Assembly (NCBI GenBank): GCA_003130875.1 | Contig: QEXY01000123.1 | Location: 16,673-80,672, forward strand | Origin: Ardenticatenia bacterium | GTDB lineage: Bacteria > Chloroflexota > Anaerolineae > 4572-78 > NAK82 | Direction: 5' to 3' | Length of the DNA stretch: 64,000 nt | Part shown: positions 1-9,341 of the stretch, in pieces | How positions within the stretch are numbered: position 1 is the first letter of the stretch | Layout: every line of letters starts with the position of its first letter | The notes under the pieces: generated by a model | Seen by the model: the letters and a program-made list of their open reading frames with translations, nothing else | The model's database searches: none | What the model was told of the DNA's origin: nothing | Program-made: the position numbers and the translations under genes

Positions 1-2
1 GC

Positions 3-497
3 GATCTGGTGATCAACTCACTGCGCATGCGCCCCGACCGTATCGTCGTGGGCGAGTGTCGCGGCGGCGAGGCGCTGGACATGCTGCAGGCGATGAACAC
101 TGGCCACGATGGCAGCTTGACCACGCTGCACGCCAATAGCCCGCGTGATGCACTGGCTCGTCTGGAAACCATGTGTCTGATGGCAGGAATGGATTTGCCG
201 GTGCGTGCCATTCGAGAGCAGATTGCCTCGGCGGTCGATTTGATCATCCATCAGGAACGGATGCGTGATGGCTCGCGCAAGGTGGTGCAGATCACCGAAG
301 TGCAGGGTATGGAAGGCGATGTGATTGTCCTGTCCGATATCTTCCAGTTCGAGCAACAAGGTATTGAGAACGGTCGGGTCATCGGGCGGCTTAAGCCGAC
401 CGGCATCCGTCCTAAGTTTATCGAGAAGATCGAAGCCGCTAACATCCATCTGCCACCACATATCTTCGGGGTTCCTATCGGAGCAAGAATGCGTTGA
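3..497 (+). CDS. cpaF: Tad/Flp pilus assembly ATPase CpaF/TadA, C-terminal part (5' truncated by window)
   Basis: [18 protein letters not shown] (Walker B region) and [17 protein letters not shown] His-box; frame is open to the window edge; precedes tadB/tadC. Confidence 0.95.
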   Translation, partial: DLVINSLRMRPDRIVVGECRGGEALDMLQAMNTGHDGSLTTLHANSPRDALARLETMCLMAGMDLPVRAIREQIASAVDLIIHQERMRDGSRKVVQITEVQGMEGDVIVLSDIFQFEQQGIENGRVIGRLKPTGIRPKFIEKIEAANIHLPPHIFGVPIGARMR

Positions 498-525
498 TCG
501 GGATTGGTGAGGAGGTGATCTGCTT

Positions 526-1485
526 ATGGTGACAGCAGTCGTAGTGGCATCGCTAGCATTTTTGGTGGTGATAGGGCTCTTTATCGTGCTGGCACGCGTA
601 ATTGGCCGGGGGGAGGAAGACCTGGAGAGTCGATTGGACCAATTTGTCGCTCGTCAGATCTCTGAATCAGAGAGACCAGACGAGCGTCAACCTTCGCGCC
701 TGACCCAGACCATCAACAAGGCAGTAGCGGAGAAGAGCTTTGCCCGCAACATTGCTACCAATTTAGCACGCGCTAACCTCAAGCTAACAGTGGGCGAATA
801 TATCATCCTCCAGGTGGTCAGTGTGCTGGGCATGGGCTTGTTGTTCTATCTGATTATGCATCAGAACATGTTCCTCACGCTGGGAGGATTGGTGGCCGGT
901 TACTTCCTCCCAGGTTTCTATGTCAAAATGCGTCAGCGGAAGCGTCTCAAGGATTTTAATAACCAGTTAGGCGATGCGATTAACCTCTTGGCGAATGGTC
1001 TGCGGTCGGGCTATAGCCTGCTGCAAGCTATGGACGCTGTGGCCAACGAGATGCCGCCGCCGATCTCCGAAGAATTCCAACGTGTCGTGCGTGAAATCGG
1101 GTTGGGACTTTCGACGGAACGCGCTATGAACAATATGCTGCGCCGTATTCCCTCGGATGATCTCGATCTAATGATTACCGCGATCAACGTGCAGCATGAG
1201 GTGGGAGGTAATTTGGCGGAGATTTTGGAAACCATTAGCTACACCATCCGTGAGCGTGTGCGCATCAAGGGTGAAATCCGTGTGTTGACTTCCCAGCAGA
1301 TGATCTCGGGCTATGTCATCTCATTCTTGCCGATTGGCTTGGGCTTGATCCTATTTGCGATGAATCCGACCTATATGGGGCGTATGTTCCAGGATACATG
1401 TGGCATCGCGATGATGGCGGTGGCGGGTGTGATGATGGCTGCCGGTTTCTTCGCCATTCAGAAGATCGTCAATATCGAGGTATGA
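526..1485 (+). CDS. tadB: Flp pilus assembly protein TadB (T2SSF family)
   Basis: LANGLRSGYSLLQA, EVGGNLAEIL...IRER motifs; TM segments; SD GAGGAGGT upstream. Confidence 0.93.
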   Translation: MVTAVVVASLAFLVVIGLFIVLARVIGRGEEDLESRLDQFVARQISESERPDERQPSRLTQTINKAVAEKSFARNIATNLARANLKLTVGEYIILQVVSVLGMGLLFYLIMHQNMFLTLGGLVAGYFLPGFYVKMRQRKRLKDFNNQLGDAINLLANGLRSGYSLLQAMDAVANEMPPPISEEFQRVVREIGLGLSTERAMNNMLRRIPSDDLDLMITAINVQHEVGGNLAEILETISYTIRERVRIKGEIRVLTSQQMISGYVISFLPIGLGLILFAMNPTYMGRMFQDTCGIAMMAVAGVMMAAGFFAIQKIVNIEV

Positions 1486-1526
1486 GCGTGTTTGTAGGGT
1501 CATAGGGTGGGATAGGAGGTTGGACG

Positions 1527-2468
1527 ATGCCGTTGCCGATCATTTTGGTAGCCGCTGGAATGTTGTTTATGACCGTGGTGTTGATCTATGTGGGTGTGGC
1601 AACCTCATCGCGCGGGGGCGACCAGGTCGCTCTGCGCTTAGAGGAGTTCGCCAGCCGGACAACTCCACTGACGTTGGAAGATATCGAACTCTCCCAACCC
1701 TTTAGCGAGCGTATCATACGCCCAATATTGCGTGGGTTGGCACAATTCGTAACTCGCTTTACCCCGGCACATACCATCGAAGCGACGGCGCATAACCTGG
1801 AGCTGGCAGGACGTCCCCACAATTGGGGGGTGACCGAGTTCCTGGGTCTGCGCACCGGTGCCGCTTTGCTCTTGGCTGTGTTCTTCTTCTTATTGCTCAG
1901 TGTTGCGGGCCAGCCGATGCTCTATCGGCTGGGCAGCATATTCCTGGGTGCGTTGCTGGGATATCTGCTTCCGGGCATGTGGTTGAGCAGCAAAATCCGT
2001 CGTCGCCAGCAGGAGATCATCAAAGCAATGCCGGATGCCCTGGACCTGTTGACCATCTGCGTCGAGGCCGGCTTGGGCTTTGATGCGGCAATGGCTAAAG
2101 TGGCCGAGAAGTGGGATAATGAGCTGAGTCGCGCGTTTGGCCGTGTGATCCAGGAGATTCGTCTGGGCAAACCGCGGCGTGAGGCATTGCGTGAGATGGA
2201 CCGCACGACTGGCGTGCCCGATATCACCAGCTTTGTGGCGGCGATCATCCAGGCGGACCAGCTGGGGGTCAGCATGGCCAAGGTGATGCGCATTCAGTCT
2301 GAGCAGATGCGTATCAGACGCCGTCAGCGTGCTGAGGAAAAGGCCCACCAAGCTCCGGTCAAGATGCTGTTCCCCCTGGTCTTCTTAATCTTCCCGGCCA
2401 TTTATGTCGTACTGCTGGGGCCGGCGACATTGGTTGTTAAGGAGTCCGGATTGCTGGGCGGCATGTAA
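1527..2468 (+). CDS. tadC: Flp pilus assembly protein TadC (T2SSF family)
   Basis: PDALDLLTICVEAGLGFD and AEEKAHQAPVKMLFPLVFLIFPA motifs; follows tadB. Confidence 0.93.
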   Translation: MPLPIILVAAGMLFMTVVLIYVGVATSSRGGDQVALRLEEFASRTTPLTLEDIELSQPFSERIIRPILRGLAQFVTRFTPAHTIEATAHNLELAGRPHNWGVTEFLGLRTGAALLLAVFFFLLLSVAGQPMLYRLGSIFLGALLGYLLPGMWLSSKIRRRQQEIIKAMPDALDLLTICVEAGLGFDAAMAKVAEKWDNELSRAFGRVIQEIRLGKPRREALREMDRTTGVPDITSFVAAIIQADQLGVSMAKVMRIQSEQMRIRRRQRAEEKAHQAPVKMLFPLVFLIFPAIYVVLLGPATLVVKESGLLGGM

Positions 2469-2730
2469 TCCCACAAACTGGCTCAGTGTAACAAAGAATA
2501 CTGATATGACCAGGTCGCTGTTGGAGAGGACTCAGACTACGAACTGGTACAGAGGGCAGACTGATCCCAGTCTACGGGCGTTCGCGCTACATGGCGTTAC
2601 ATAGCGTGGATCGCTCCAGGGGGATGTTCGATCAAAGTAGCCGATGATCTATCCTCCAACCGGAAGATTGGGGACAGCGCACTCAAGGGCCGGAATGCTA
2701 AAGTTCTGCTCGCGATAAGGAGGGGAAGCT

Positions 2731-3282
2731 GTGAACCGTGAATTCCATGTACACCAGATCACACGACGACAATTTTTAATAGGACAAGCAGTGCTACTGC
2801 CATGGCTTGCCATCGGGTGGAGACAAAATGTTCCATCTGCCATGGCAAGGGAGATCTATTCCGCCGATCTACGCCACATGTATCCTCCTTCTGATGCAGG
2901 ACACTGGTATGCGCGTAGTGCACCGGTGGTCAACCTGGAAGAAACGCTCAAAAGGTTAGCGTTGTATAGCCCCCACTTGGCAGGATGGTTAGTCGAAACG
3001 CAAACTCTCATCAAGGCAGCTATTCAGACCCCGCAGATTGTGTGCCGTCAATTGCCTTATCGCAGCTCGGTGGGGCATTATCGCCAAGTATGTGCTGTGC
3101 TGCATCCCACTGAGCCGTATCGGTATGTGACCGTGACTCTGAGCCTGGCCAACCTGCCGGGCGAGAAGGGAAGTGCTTATCACAAACTACTACGCGCTTT
3201 TCCGGCACGGTTCGATTACTTTTGGAGGCAAGATGCTCAAGGGAAGTGGCAGCTCAAGCAGAGATGGATGTTGGTGGCATAA
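2731..3282 (+). CDS. Hypothetical protein with twin-arginine-like signal peptide
   Basis: SD AAGGAGG before GTG; TRRQFL motif, hydrophobic stretch, AMA cleavage-like site. Confidence 0.65.
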   Translation: MNREFHVHQITRRQFLIGQAVLLPWLAIGWRQNVPSAMAREIYSADLRHMYPPSDAGHWYARSAPVVNLEETLKRLALYSPHLAGWLVETQTLIKAAIQTPQIVCRQLPYRSSVGHYRQVCAVLHPTEPYRYVTVTLSLANLPGEKGSAYHKLLRAFPARFDYFWRQDAQGKWQLKQRWMLVA

Positions 3283-3307
3283 AAATAGGGCCAGCTCCCG
3301 CTGGCCC
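3281..3307 (-). terminator. Intrinsic terminator hairpin with U-tract on the minus strand
   Basis: GGGCCAGC-TCCC-GCTGGCCC (3288-3307); on the minus strand it is followed by TATTTTT. Confidence 0.7.
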
Positions 3308-3378
3308 GTTGAGCCCGGCCGGCCGCTACCTCGGCATCTCCGCTACGAGCATAGGAGCATTTCCTACGACGGGCTCAC
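3281..3378 (-). ncRNA. Candidate structured small RNA of unknown family
   Basis: Bounded by a sigma70-like promoter and a terminator; closing stem TGAGCCCG (3310-3317)/CGGGCTCA (3370-3377); inner TAGGA/TCCTA stem; not covered by any minus-strand ORF in the track. Confidence 0.45.
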
Positions 3379-3381
3379 TTT

Positions 3382-3411
3382 AATTTAATCACAATTTTCC
3401 TGATATGTCAA
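3382..3411 (-). promoter_or_regulatory. Sigma70-type promoter on the minus strand, divergent from the flp gene
   Basis: TTGACA (3411-3406), 18 bp spacer, TAAATT (3387-3382). Confidence 0.55.
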
Positions 3412-3425
3412 GAGGGAAATGCACT

Positions 3426-3788
3426 ATGAGACGACACATTCGCGCTCATTCAGGGGGCCAAGGCCTCGTTGAATATGCACTTATCCTCGCGTTCGTCGGG
3501 GTTGTGGTTCTCGGTACACTGGTGATCCTGGGGCCATCCATCGGGAACATTTTCAGCAATATACTCGCCGCTCTGCAAGGTTCAGGTGGCAATGCATCTG
3601 CCGCAGTCACCCCAACCCCTCAGAACTGTGATCCATGTTATCCGACATTATGTCTGCCGCCACCACCGCCTATGCCTACCCCTGATCTGGATTGTGCTGA
3701 TATTCCCTACCGCAACTTTGTGGTGGTGTGCAATCCGGATCCCTATCGTTTTGACGGGGGACACGACGGTTGGGGTTGCGAGCAGTAG
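3426..3788 (+). CDS. Flp family type IVb pilin with C-terminal Cys-rich Excalibur-like domain
   Basis: GQG|LVEYALIL prepilin/Flp motif plus hydrophobic helix; tail CDPCYPTLC...DLDCADIPYRNF...DPYRFDGGHDGWGCE. Confidence 0.8.
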   Translation: MRRHIRAHSGGQGLVEYALILAFVGVVVLGTLVILGPSIGNIFSNILAALQGSGGNASAAVTPTPQNCDPCYPTLCLPPPPPMPTPDLDCADIPYRNFVVVCNPDPYRFDGGHDGWGCEQ

Positions 3789-3898
3789 CCACCTACTCTG
3801 TGTACGGATATACGCCCCCTTTAGAACTTGGGGAGAAAGATTGGTGCATAGACGCAAGTCGTCGCCTTCCTGATTAAGCTTGGTATGTACGATTGTAA

Positions 3899-4639
3899 AT
3901 GTGGAGCTGGCGCACACTTCTCCATCAAGCCGGTCACGGGCTGCTGAATTTGGTATTCCCCCCGCATTGCGTCATTTGTCGATCCGCCGGTGCATGGCTG
4001 TGCGACGCATGTCTGGAACGATTCCCCCGCCTGGACCAGAGAGTGTGCCGACGATGTGGTTCTCCCCTTGTGGTCAAGAACGCCTCCCTGTGTGATTCAT
4101 GCACCCAGGATCCACCCGAAATTGACGGGGTGCGTTCGGCCGTGCTATTCGAAGGCGGGGCACGTCAGGCAGTGCACCAGCTCAAATATGCCGGTTATAC
4201 CGTTCTGGCGACGCCATTAGCCCAGCTAATGGCACAGTGTTGGCAAGCCGCACCTTTGCCAGTAGATGTCTGGACGGCGGTGCCGTTGCATGTTGCTCGT
4301 CAGCGCGAAAGAGGGTATAATCAATCATACCTACTGGGGCGCGAATTCGCTCGCCTGGTAGGTTTACTGGAAATGAGCGGGACGCTGCGACGCGTGCGTG
4401 CGACAAAGGCACAAGTCGGACTAGGTGCCGTGGAGCGACGTGCCAATGTGGCTGGGGCTTTCGCCTATGAGCCCCCACGTGGCAAGCAAGGAGTGCAAGG
4501 GCAACGTGTGCTCCTGATTGATGATGTATGCACCACCGTAGCCACCCTCGAAGCATGTGCGATTGCCTTGAAGAGAGCCGGCGCCATCAGCGTTTGGGGA
4601 TTCACCCTGGCACGCGCGGCGCCGGCATCTGATCTTTGA
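3899..4639 (+). CDS. comF: ComF family protein (double zinc ribbon + PRTase domain)
   Basis: FPPHCVIC..LCDAC..CRRC..LCDSC; RERGYNQS; LLIDDVCTTVATL. Confidence 0.92.
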   Translation: MWSWRTLLHQAGHGLLNLVFPPHCVICRSAGAWLCDACLERFPRLDQRVCRRCGSPLVVKNASLCDSCTQDPPEIDGVRSAVLFEGGARQAVHQLKYAGYTVLATPLAQLMAQCWQAAPLPVDVWTAVPLHVARQRERGYNQSYLLGREFARLVGLLEMSGTLRRVRATKAQVGLGAVERRANVAGAFAYEPPRGKQGVQGQRVLLIDDVCTTVATLEACAIALKRAGAISVWGFTLARAAPASDL

Positions 4640-4707
4640 CTGCCCCTATGAGATACAGGTGCAGTCAGTGAAACGAGCGATGACGAAATAAAAGGAGGGT
4701 TAGGGGT

Positions 4708-5283
4708 ATGGCGGTACCAGTTGTGCTTAAGAGCAGAAATATGGAGATTCCTGATGCCCTGCGCGCTTACATCGAGAAGCGTGCCAGCAAGTTGGATCGC
4801 TATCTGCCCGACATTACCGAAGTGCGCATCGATCTGTCGGTGCAGAAGACGCGCAGCAGTCAGGACCGTCAGGTCGCGCAGATGACGGTACGCAGCAACG
4901 GAATTATCTTGCGCGCTGAGGAACGTGCCGATGAGATGTCCGTGGCGGTTGATGCGGTTCTCGAGAAGATGTATCGTCAGATTGCGCGCTACAAGGGCAA
5001 GCGTCTGAACCGCTGGCAGGGGCAAGGTCCAGGACGCGCCGATTCTGAGATGCCTCCACTGGCTGAGGAAGTGTTGGAAGAACTGGCCGAGGAGCAGGAA
5101 CGACGCATTGTGCGTGTCAAACGTTTCTTCGTATCACCCATGACCGAAGAGGAAGCCATCGAGCAGATGGAATTGCTAGGCCACGATTTCTTCATATTTT
5201 ACAATCCCAACCATGGGATGCTCAAGGTCCTCTACCGCCGACGGGATGGCAACTACGGTCTGCTGGAACCCCAGCTGGGTTAG
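4708..5283 (+). CDS. hpf: Long ribosome hibernation promoting factor (RaiA/YvyD)
   Basis: N-terminal S30AE domain; C-terminal PMTEEEAIEQMELLGHDFFIF...VLYRRRDGNYGLL; comF-hpf linkage. Confidence 0.95.
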   Translation: MAVPVVLKSRNMEIPDALRAYIEKRASKLDRYLPDITEVRIDLSVQKTRSSQDRQVAQMTVRSNGIILRAEERADEMSVAVDAVLEKMYRQIARYKGKRLNRWQGQGPGRADSEMPPLAEEVLEELAEEQERRIVRVKRFFVSPMTEEEAIEQMELLGHDFFIFYNPNHGMLKVLYRRRDGNYGLLEPQLG

Positions 5284-5313
5284 ACCATAGCGCTTCATCG
5301 TTAGGGTGAGCAT

Positions 5314-5348
5314 ATAAGGGCGCGTCGCGACGCGCCCTTATGTTTTTT
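5314..5348 (+). terminator. Intrinsic terminator after hpf (perfect 28-bp palindrome plus T-tract)
   Basis: ATAAGGGCGCGTCGCGACGCGCCCTTAT followed by GTTTTTT; lies between convergent genes. Confidence 0.8.
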
Positions 5349-5940
5349 GCCTGACCTTGTCATAATCGTCTGGCGTATCAATGTCGATCAGGATACCAGC
5401 ATCAGACACTGGCACCCGCTCTGCCTCGGCAGCGTGTGCCTGCAGCACAACACGGCCACCCACATCACCGTGCAAAGCCCTCAGTTCTGGGAAGAGACGA
5501 CGGTCGAAGAGCACCGGGTTGCCGCGCTGACCGTGCCATTCAGGCCACACCAATGGCGCTCGTGTGGCACGGTAGCGTGCGATCAGCTGCTCGAGCGTGT
5601 CGCTCTGCACAGCAGGTTGATCGGCCAGCAGAAACAAGGCAGCATCGACGTGGGGTGGCAACGTCACCAGTGCCGCCTGCACTGAGGTGCTCTGTCCCTC
5701 CGCCCACGCCGGGTTGATCACCACTTGGACGGGTCGCTCGCCCAGCGCGACACGACACGCTTCCGCCTGTGCTCCCAGCACCACCACGACGGGTCTGGCA
5801 GAGGAAGCCAACGCTGTGTCCACCACCCGGGTCAACAACGTGCCGCCTTCCCAGGGCAACAATTGCTTCAACTTGCCGAAGCGCGTGGCACCACCAGCAG
5901 CAAGTACCACAGCAGCCACGAGCACTGACGCGTCATTCAT
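5338..5940 (-). CDS. Nucleotidyltransferase, MocA/YgfJ-like (molybdenum cofactor cytidylyltransferase family)
   Basis: VLAAGGATRFGKLKQLLPW, LADQP, GNPVLF, DIDTPDDY. Confidence 0.88.
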   Translation of the reverse strand: MNDASVLVAAVVLAAGGATRFGKLKQLLPWEGGTLLTRVVDTALASSARPVVVVLGAQAEACRVALGERPVQVVINPAWAEGQSTSVQAALVTLPPHVDAALFLLADQPAVQSDTLEQLIARYRATRAPLVWPEWHGQRGNPVLFDRRLFPELRALHGDVGGRVVLQAHAAEAERVPVSDAGILIDIDTPDDYDKVRQKT

Positions 5941-8545
5941 GCTGAATTGCCTCTACAATGCGCACGTGCGCCGCCTTCTGAGCAGGATAGAGCGCCGCCA
6001 GCTGCGAGACGATCAGGGCAATGGCCCAACCGACCCCTAAAGCTTGGGGCAGCAGGTGATAGCGGACAGTGTAGCCGCCAATCTCCTGTACACCCAGTAG
6101 GAAGACACGTGCCAAAAAGAGCCCAAAAAACATGCCGAACACTCCACCGATAATGCCCATAGCACCACTCTCTGCCAAGATCATGCGCGCTACCTGACCG
6201 CGTGTCATACCCAGGCTGCGTAATCCGCCGATTTCGCGCTGACGTTCGAAGACGTTCATCAACAAGGTGTTGACCACGCCTAATGCGGCAATGACCACCC
6301 CGGTCAGGCCCAGCACGTCAAACAAAGCGAATGCTTGGGCGGCCAAGCGAGTGACTTTGGCACGGAAGTCGGCCGCTGTTTCGACGGCGATGTGTCGGCT
6401 CTTGCCATAGTGATCTTCCAGACGCTTTGCCTCCACACGTGGATCGTATCCCGGCTTAAGGCGGACGATAAACTGATCCACAGTGCGCTCTCCGAAGTAA
6501 CGTGCTAGGTCGGCACGACTGCCCGTCACTACATAACCCTGGCTGGAGAAATCGACTACCACACCCACTACTTGGAATTGTACCACTCCACGACGTGTCT
6601 CAAGAGCTAAGGTATCCCCCGTTTGAAGCGCGTATCGGTCAGCCACGGTCACCGAGATAAGCAGCCGTCCCCCTTGAGCGAGCTCCTTTAATGCCTGTGC
6701 GGTATCCTGGCTTGAATCCTCGAAGACAAAGGAAGCGATGCGGCCATATGTCTGTGGATCAATACCAACAAACAGGATGGTGTTCGAGAAACTATCGGAG
6801 TTTCCCTGACGTGCTCGTTGCACTTGCTGGTATGTGATCGGACTGACCTCCGCCACAGCCGGATCGGACAGCAGGCGCGTGCCAAACTCTTCGCGCATCG
6901 GCAACGGAGAACGCACATAGAGGTCACCGCCAATGGCGGTTTGCACCCAATGGTTGATGTCCAGCTCAAAGCTGTGGGTCATCGTTTGAATGCCGATGAT
7001 CATCGCAATACCGACCATCAGGGTGCCCACGGTGAGTGCAGTGCGCGCCCAAGCGCGTCGCATATTGGCGGCACCCAGCTGACCTGCACCGCCATAAAGG
7101 ATACGCATAGCCGGACGTAATGTGCGTTCAGCAGGCCCTATGGTGATCGGCACCACCAGCGTCGCGCCCAGCAACAGAACAAATACACTGACCATGCCGA
7201 TGGGCACCTGCACCTCAGGACGGAAAGGGATACGATAAAGTGCCAGATAGGCAAGCAGAATGAGCAAGCAGCCCCATAGCCAGCCAGTGCGGCCCAACGG
7301 TGCACCGAGTGGTCGCGCATAGCTGCGCAATGCTTCCAGCGGCGATATGCTGCGTGCACGCCAGGCAGGCAACAATGCCGAAATCAACGTCACTCCCAAA
7401 CCGGTCAACAGCGACCAGACAACCCCATCTAAAGGGATACGCAATGCTCTGATTTCGGTGTTGGTGACCGTTGCCACGGAGCGGCTCAGGCCCTGTGCTA
7501 AGAGGATGCCAAATCCGGTGCCTGCGAGCGATCCCAGGATGCCTAACACCGCTGCTTCGATCAGCACCAGCATCACGATCTGCCTCTGCGTCGCACCCAC
7601 TAGACGTAGCATGCCAATGGCGCGCGTGCGCTCGACGATGGTCATCGTGAATGTGTTGTAGATGAGAAAGGCACCTACGAACAAAGCGACCGCGCTGAAG
7701 AAGCTCAGACCAGTCTGATACGAGGCTAACATACGGGCGACGATCTGCCCCCGTGCCGCTGGATATAGCACTTGATAGCCATGGCCTAGCGCACTCGCCA
7801 GATCCTCCTTTAGCGCCTCCAGCTTCCGCGGAGATGCCGCGATATCCGGATTGGCCAGCACGTCGATCTGGGTCAGTTCGCCGTGCATATCCAGCAAGGA
7901 CTGAGCCGTCTTGAGGGGCATAATCGCTACCGCGCCATTGTTCTGCAGCCCTGGACCGGACTTAGCAATCAACCCAACCACGCGCAGCTTTTCCTGACCT
8001 GTTGCCGATAGCACTGCAATGTCCTTGCCGAGTGACAATTTCTTATCTTCGGCGTACTCATCGACCAGCAAGACAGAATAAGAGTCGATCTCGGCAGGCA
8101 AGAATCTACCCGCCACCAATTCATAGTCGCGCACCTGGCGATCGTGAGCAGGATCGATGCCAAAGATGAGCAGGTCATTGGCCGTGTGTGTGCCCCCCAC
8201 GCTGACCTCCAGTCCCCATTTATCCGCTTCAGAGGCCAACAGAGTGCGACCACTCACCACAGGCAGGGCAAGCTGTACCCCAGGCAGACGCCGTATTCGT
8301 GAGAGTATCTCGTCGGTGAACGGTTCACCGATCACTCCGCTGTTGGTGATCATCAAATCGGCGCGTCCAGCAGCTTCGTCGAAGATGTGATGGATCGAAG
8401 CCAGTGTACCATCATTGATGATGGACACAGCCAGCACAACTGCGACGCCTAACATAATCCCCAGCGCAGTGAGCGAAGTGCGAACAGGACGGCTGCTCAG
8501 ATTGCGCAATGCGAGGGCATGGAAGGAGGAGAGCGTACTGGCCAT
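5933..8545 (-). CDS. ABC transporter permease with duplicated MacB-PCD/FtsX domains
   Basis: RTSLTALGIMLGVA, NTFTMTIVERTRAIGMLR, NVFERQREIGGLRSLGMT, AALYPA. Confidence 0.92.
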   Translation of the reverse strand: MASTLSSFHALALRNLSSRPVRTSLTALGIMLGVAVVLAVSIINDGTLASIHHIFDEAAGRADLMITNSGVIGEPFTDEILSRIRRLPGVQLALPVVSGRTLLASEADKWGLEVSVGGTHTANDLLIFGIDPAHDRQVRDYELVAGRFLPAEIDSYSVLLVDEYAEDKKLSLGKDIAVLSATGQEKLRVVGLIAKSGPGLQNNGAVAIMPLKTAQSLLDMHGELTQIDVLANPDIAASPRKLEALKEDLASALGHGYQVLYPAARGQIVARMLASYQTGLSFFSAVALFVGAFLIYNTFTMTIVERTRAIGMLRLVGATQRQIVMLVLIEAAVLGILGSLAGTGFGILLAQGLSRSVATVTNTEIRALRIPLDGVVWSLLTGLGVTLISALLPAWRARSISPLEALRSYARPLGAPLGRTGWLWGCLLILLAYLALYRIPFRPEVQVPIGMVSVFVLLLGATLVVPITIGPAERTLRPAMRILYGGAGQLGAANMRRAWARTALTVGTLMVGIAMIIGIQTMTHSFELDINHWVQTAIGGDLYVRSPLPMREEFGTRLLSDPAVAEVSPITYQQVQRARQGNSDSFSNTILFVGIDPQTYGRIASFVFEDSSQDTAQALKELAQGGRLLISVTVADRYALQTGDTLALETRRGVVQFQVVGVVVDFSSQGYVVTGSRADLARYFGERTVDQFIVRLKPGYDPRVEAKRLEDHYGKSRHIAVETAADFRAKVTRLAAQAFALFDVLGLTGVVIAALGVVNTLLMNVFERQREIGGLRSLGMTRGQVARMILAESGAMGIIGGVFGMFFGLFLARVFLLGVQEIGGYTVRYHLLPQALGVGWAIALIVSQLAALYPAQKAAHVRIVEAIQHE

Positions 8546-8561
8546 AGGCTATACTGGGTGC

Positions 8562-9341
8562 TCAGGGATGTTGCGGCTCAGGTGCAAGCACCGCACGTTC
8601 TTCTGACTCACGTAGATAGCGCTGGATAGCGCGAATGTCTGCACTGCGGTCACCCGTGGTGCGCAGCTGTCCCACCACTCGACCGTCCATCAGGAACACC
8701 ACCCGGTCGGCGAAGCTGGCTGCACGCGCATCGTGTGTCACCATCACAATGGTCTGGTGTAGCTCATCGCACGATCGACGTAACAAGCGCAAAATCTCCT
8801 CACCCGTTTTGCTGTCCAGGTTACCAGTTGGCTCGTCGGCCAACACGATGGCCGGATTGGTGACAAGTGCGCGCGCGATGGCAACACGCTGTTGTTCACC
8901 TCCAGACAGCTGGTCAGGCTTATGATGACGTCTGTCCGCCAGGCCAACCAATTGTAACAAGTGGTCAATGTGTTCTCGATGCGCATTGAGATTTTGACCA
9001 TCGATCAGCAGGGGCAGGGCAACATTCTCCTCGGCGGTGAGCATCGGCAGTAGGTTGAAGAACTGAAAGATAAAACCAATGTTGCGTCGTCGTACCAACG
9101 TCACTTGGTTGTCATTCAGTTGGGTCAGCCGATGGCCTGCTAGGGTGATTTCACCATCACTAACGCTGTCCAAGCCGCCCAGCAGGTGCAACAGTGTGCT
9201 CTTACCGCTGCCCGATGGACCCATGATGGCGACGAATTCTCCCTTGGCCACGGTGAAATCCACCCCGCTGAGGGCGTGCACCGTGACCTCGCCCATGCGG
9301 TACTGCTTGGTCACCCGACGTGCTTCCAGGATGGTCATCAT
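8562..9341 (-). CDS. ABC transporter ATP-binding protein (LolD/MacB type)
   Basis: GPSGSGKST, LSGGEQQR, LADEPTGNLD, VTHD. Confidence 0.95.
   Translation of the reverse strand: MMTILEARRVTKQYRMGEVTVHALSGVDFTVAKGEFVAIMGPSGSGKSTLLHLLGGLDSVSDGEITLAGHRLTQLNDNQVTLVRRRNIGFIFQFFNLLPMLTAEENVALPLLIDGQNLNAHREHIDHLLQLVGLADRRHHKPDQLSGGEQQRVAIARALVTNPAIVLADEPTGNLDSKTGEEILRLLRRSCDELHQTIVMVTHDARAASFADRVVFLMDGRVVGQLRTTGDRSADIRAIQRYLRESEERAVLAPEPQHP

Noticed and set aside
2469-2730. Possible riboswitch (e.g. c-di-GMP) between tadC and the next gene
   Set aside because: Only short hairpins (AGACTG/CAGTCT); no recognisable conserved motif
3288-3307. Same GGGCCAGC/GCTGGCCC stem as at 36911-36937 treated as a repeat family
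   Set aside because: Only 8 bp shared and the loops differ; explained as two terminators
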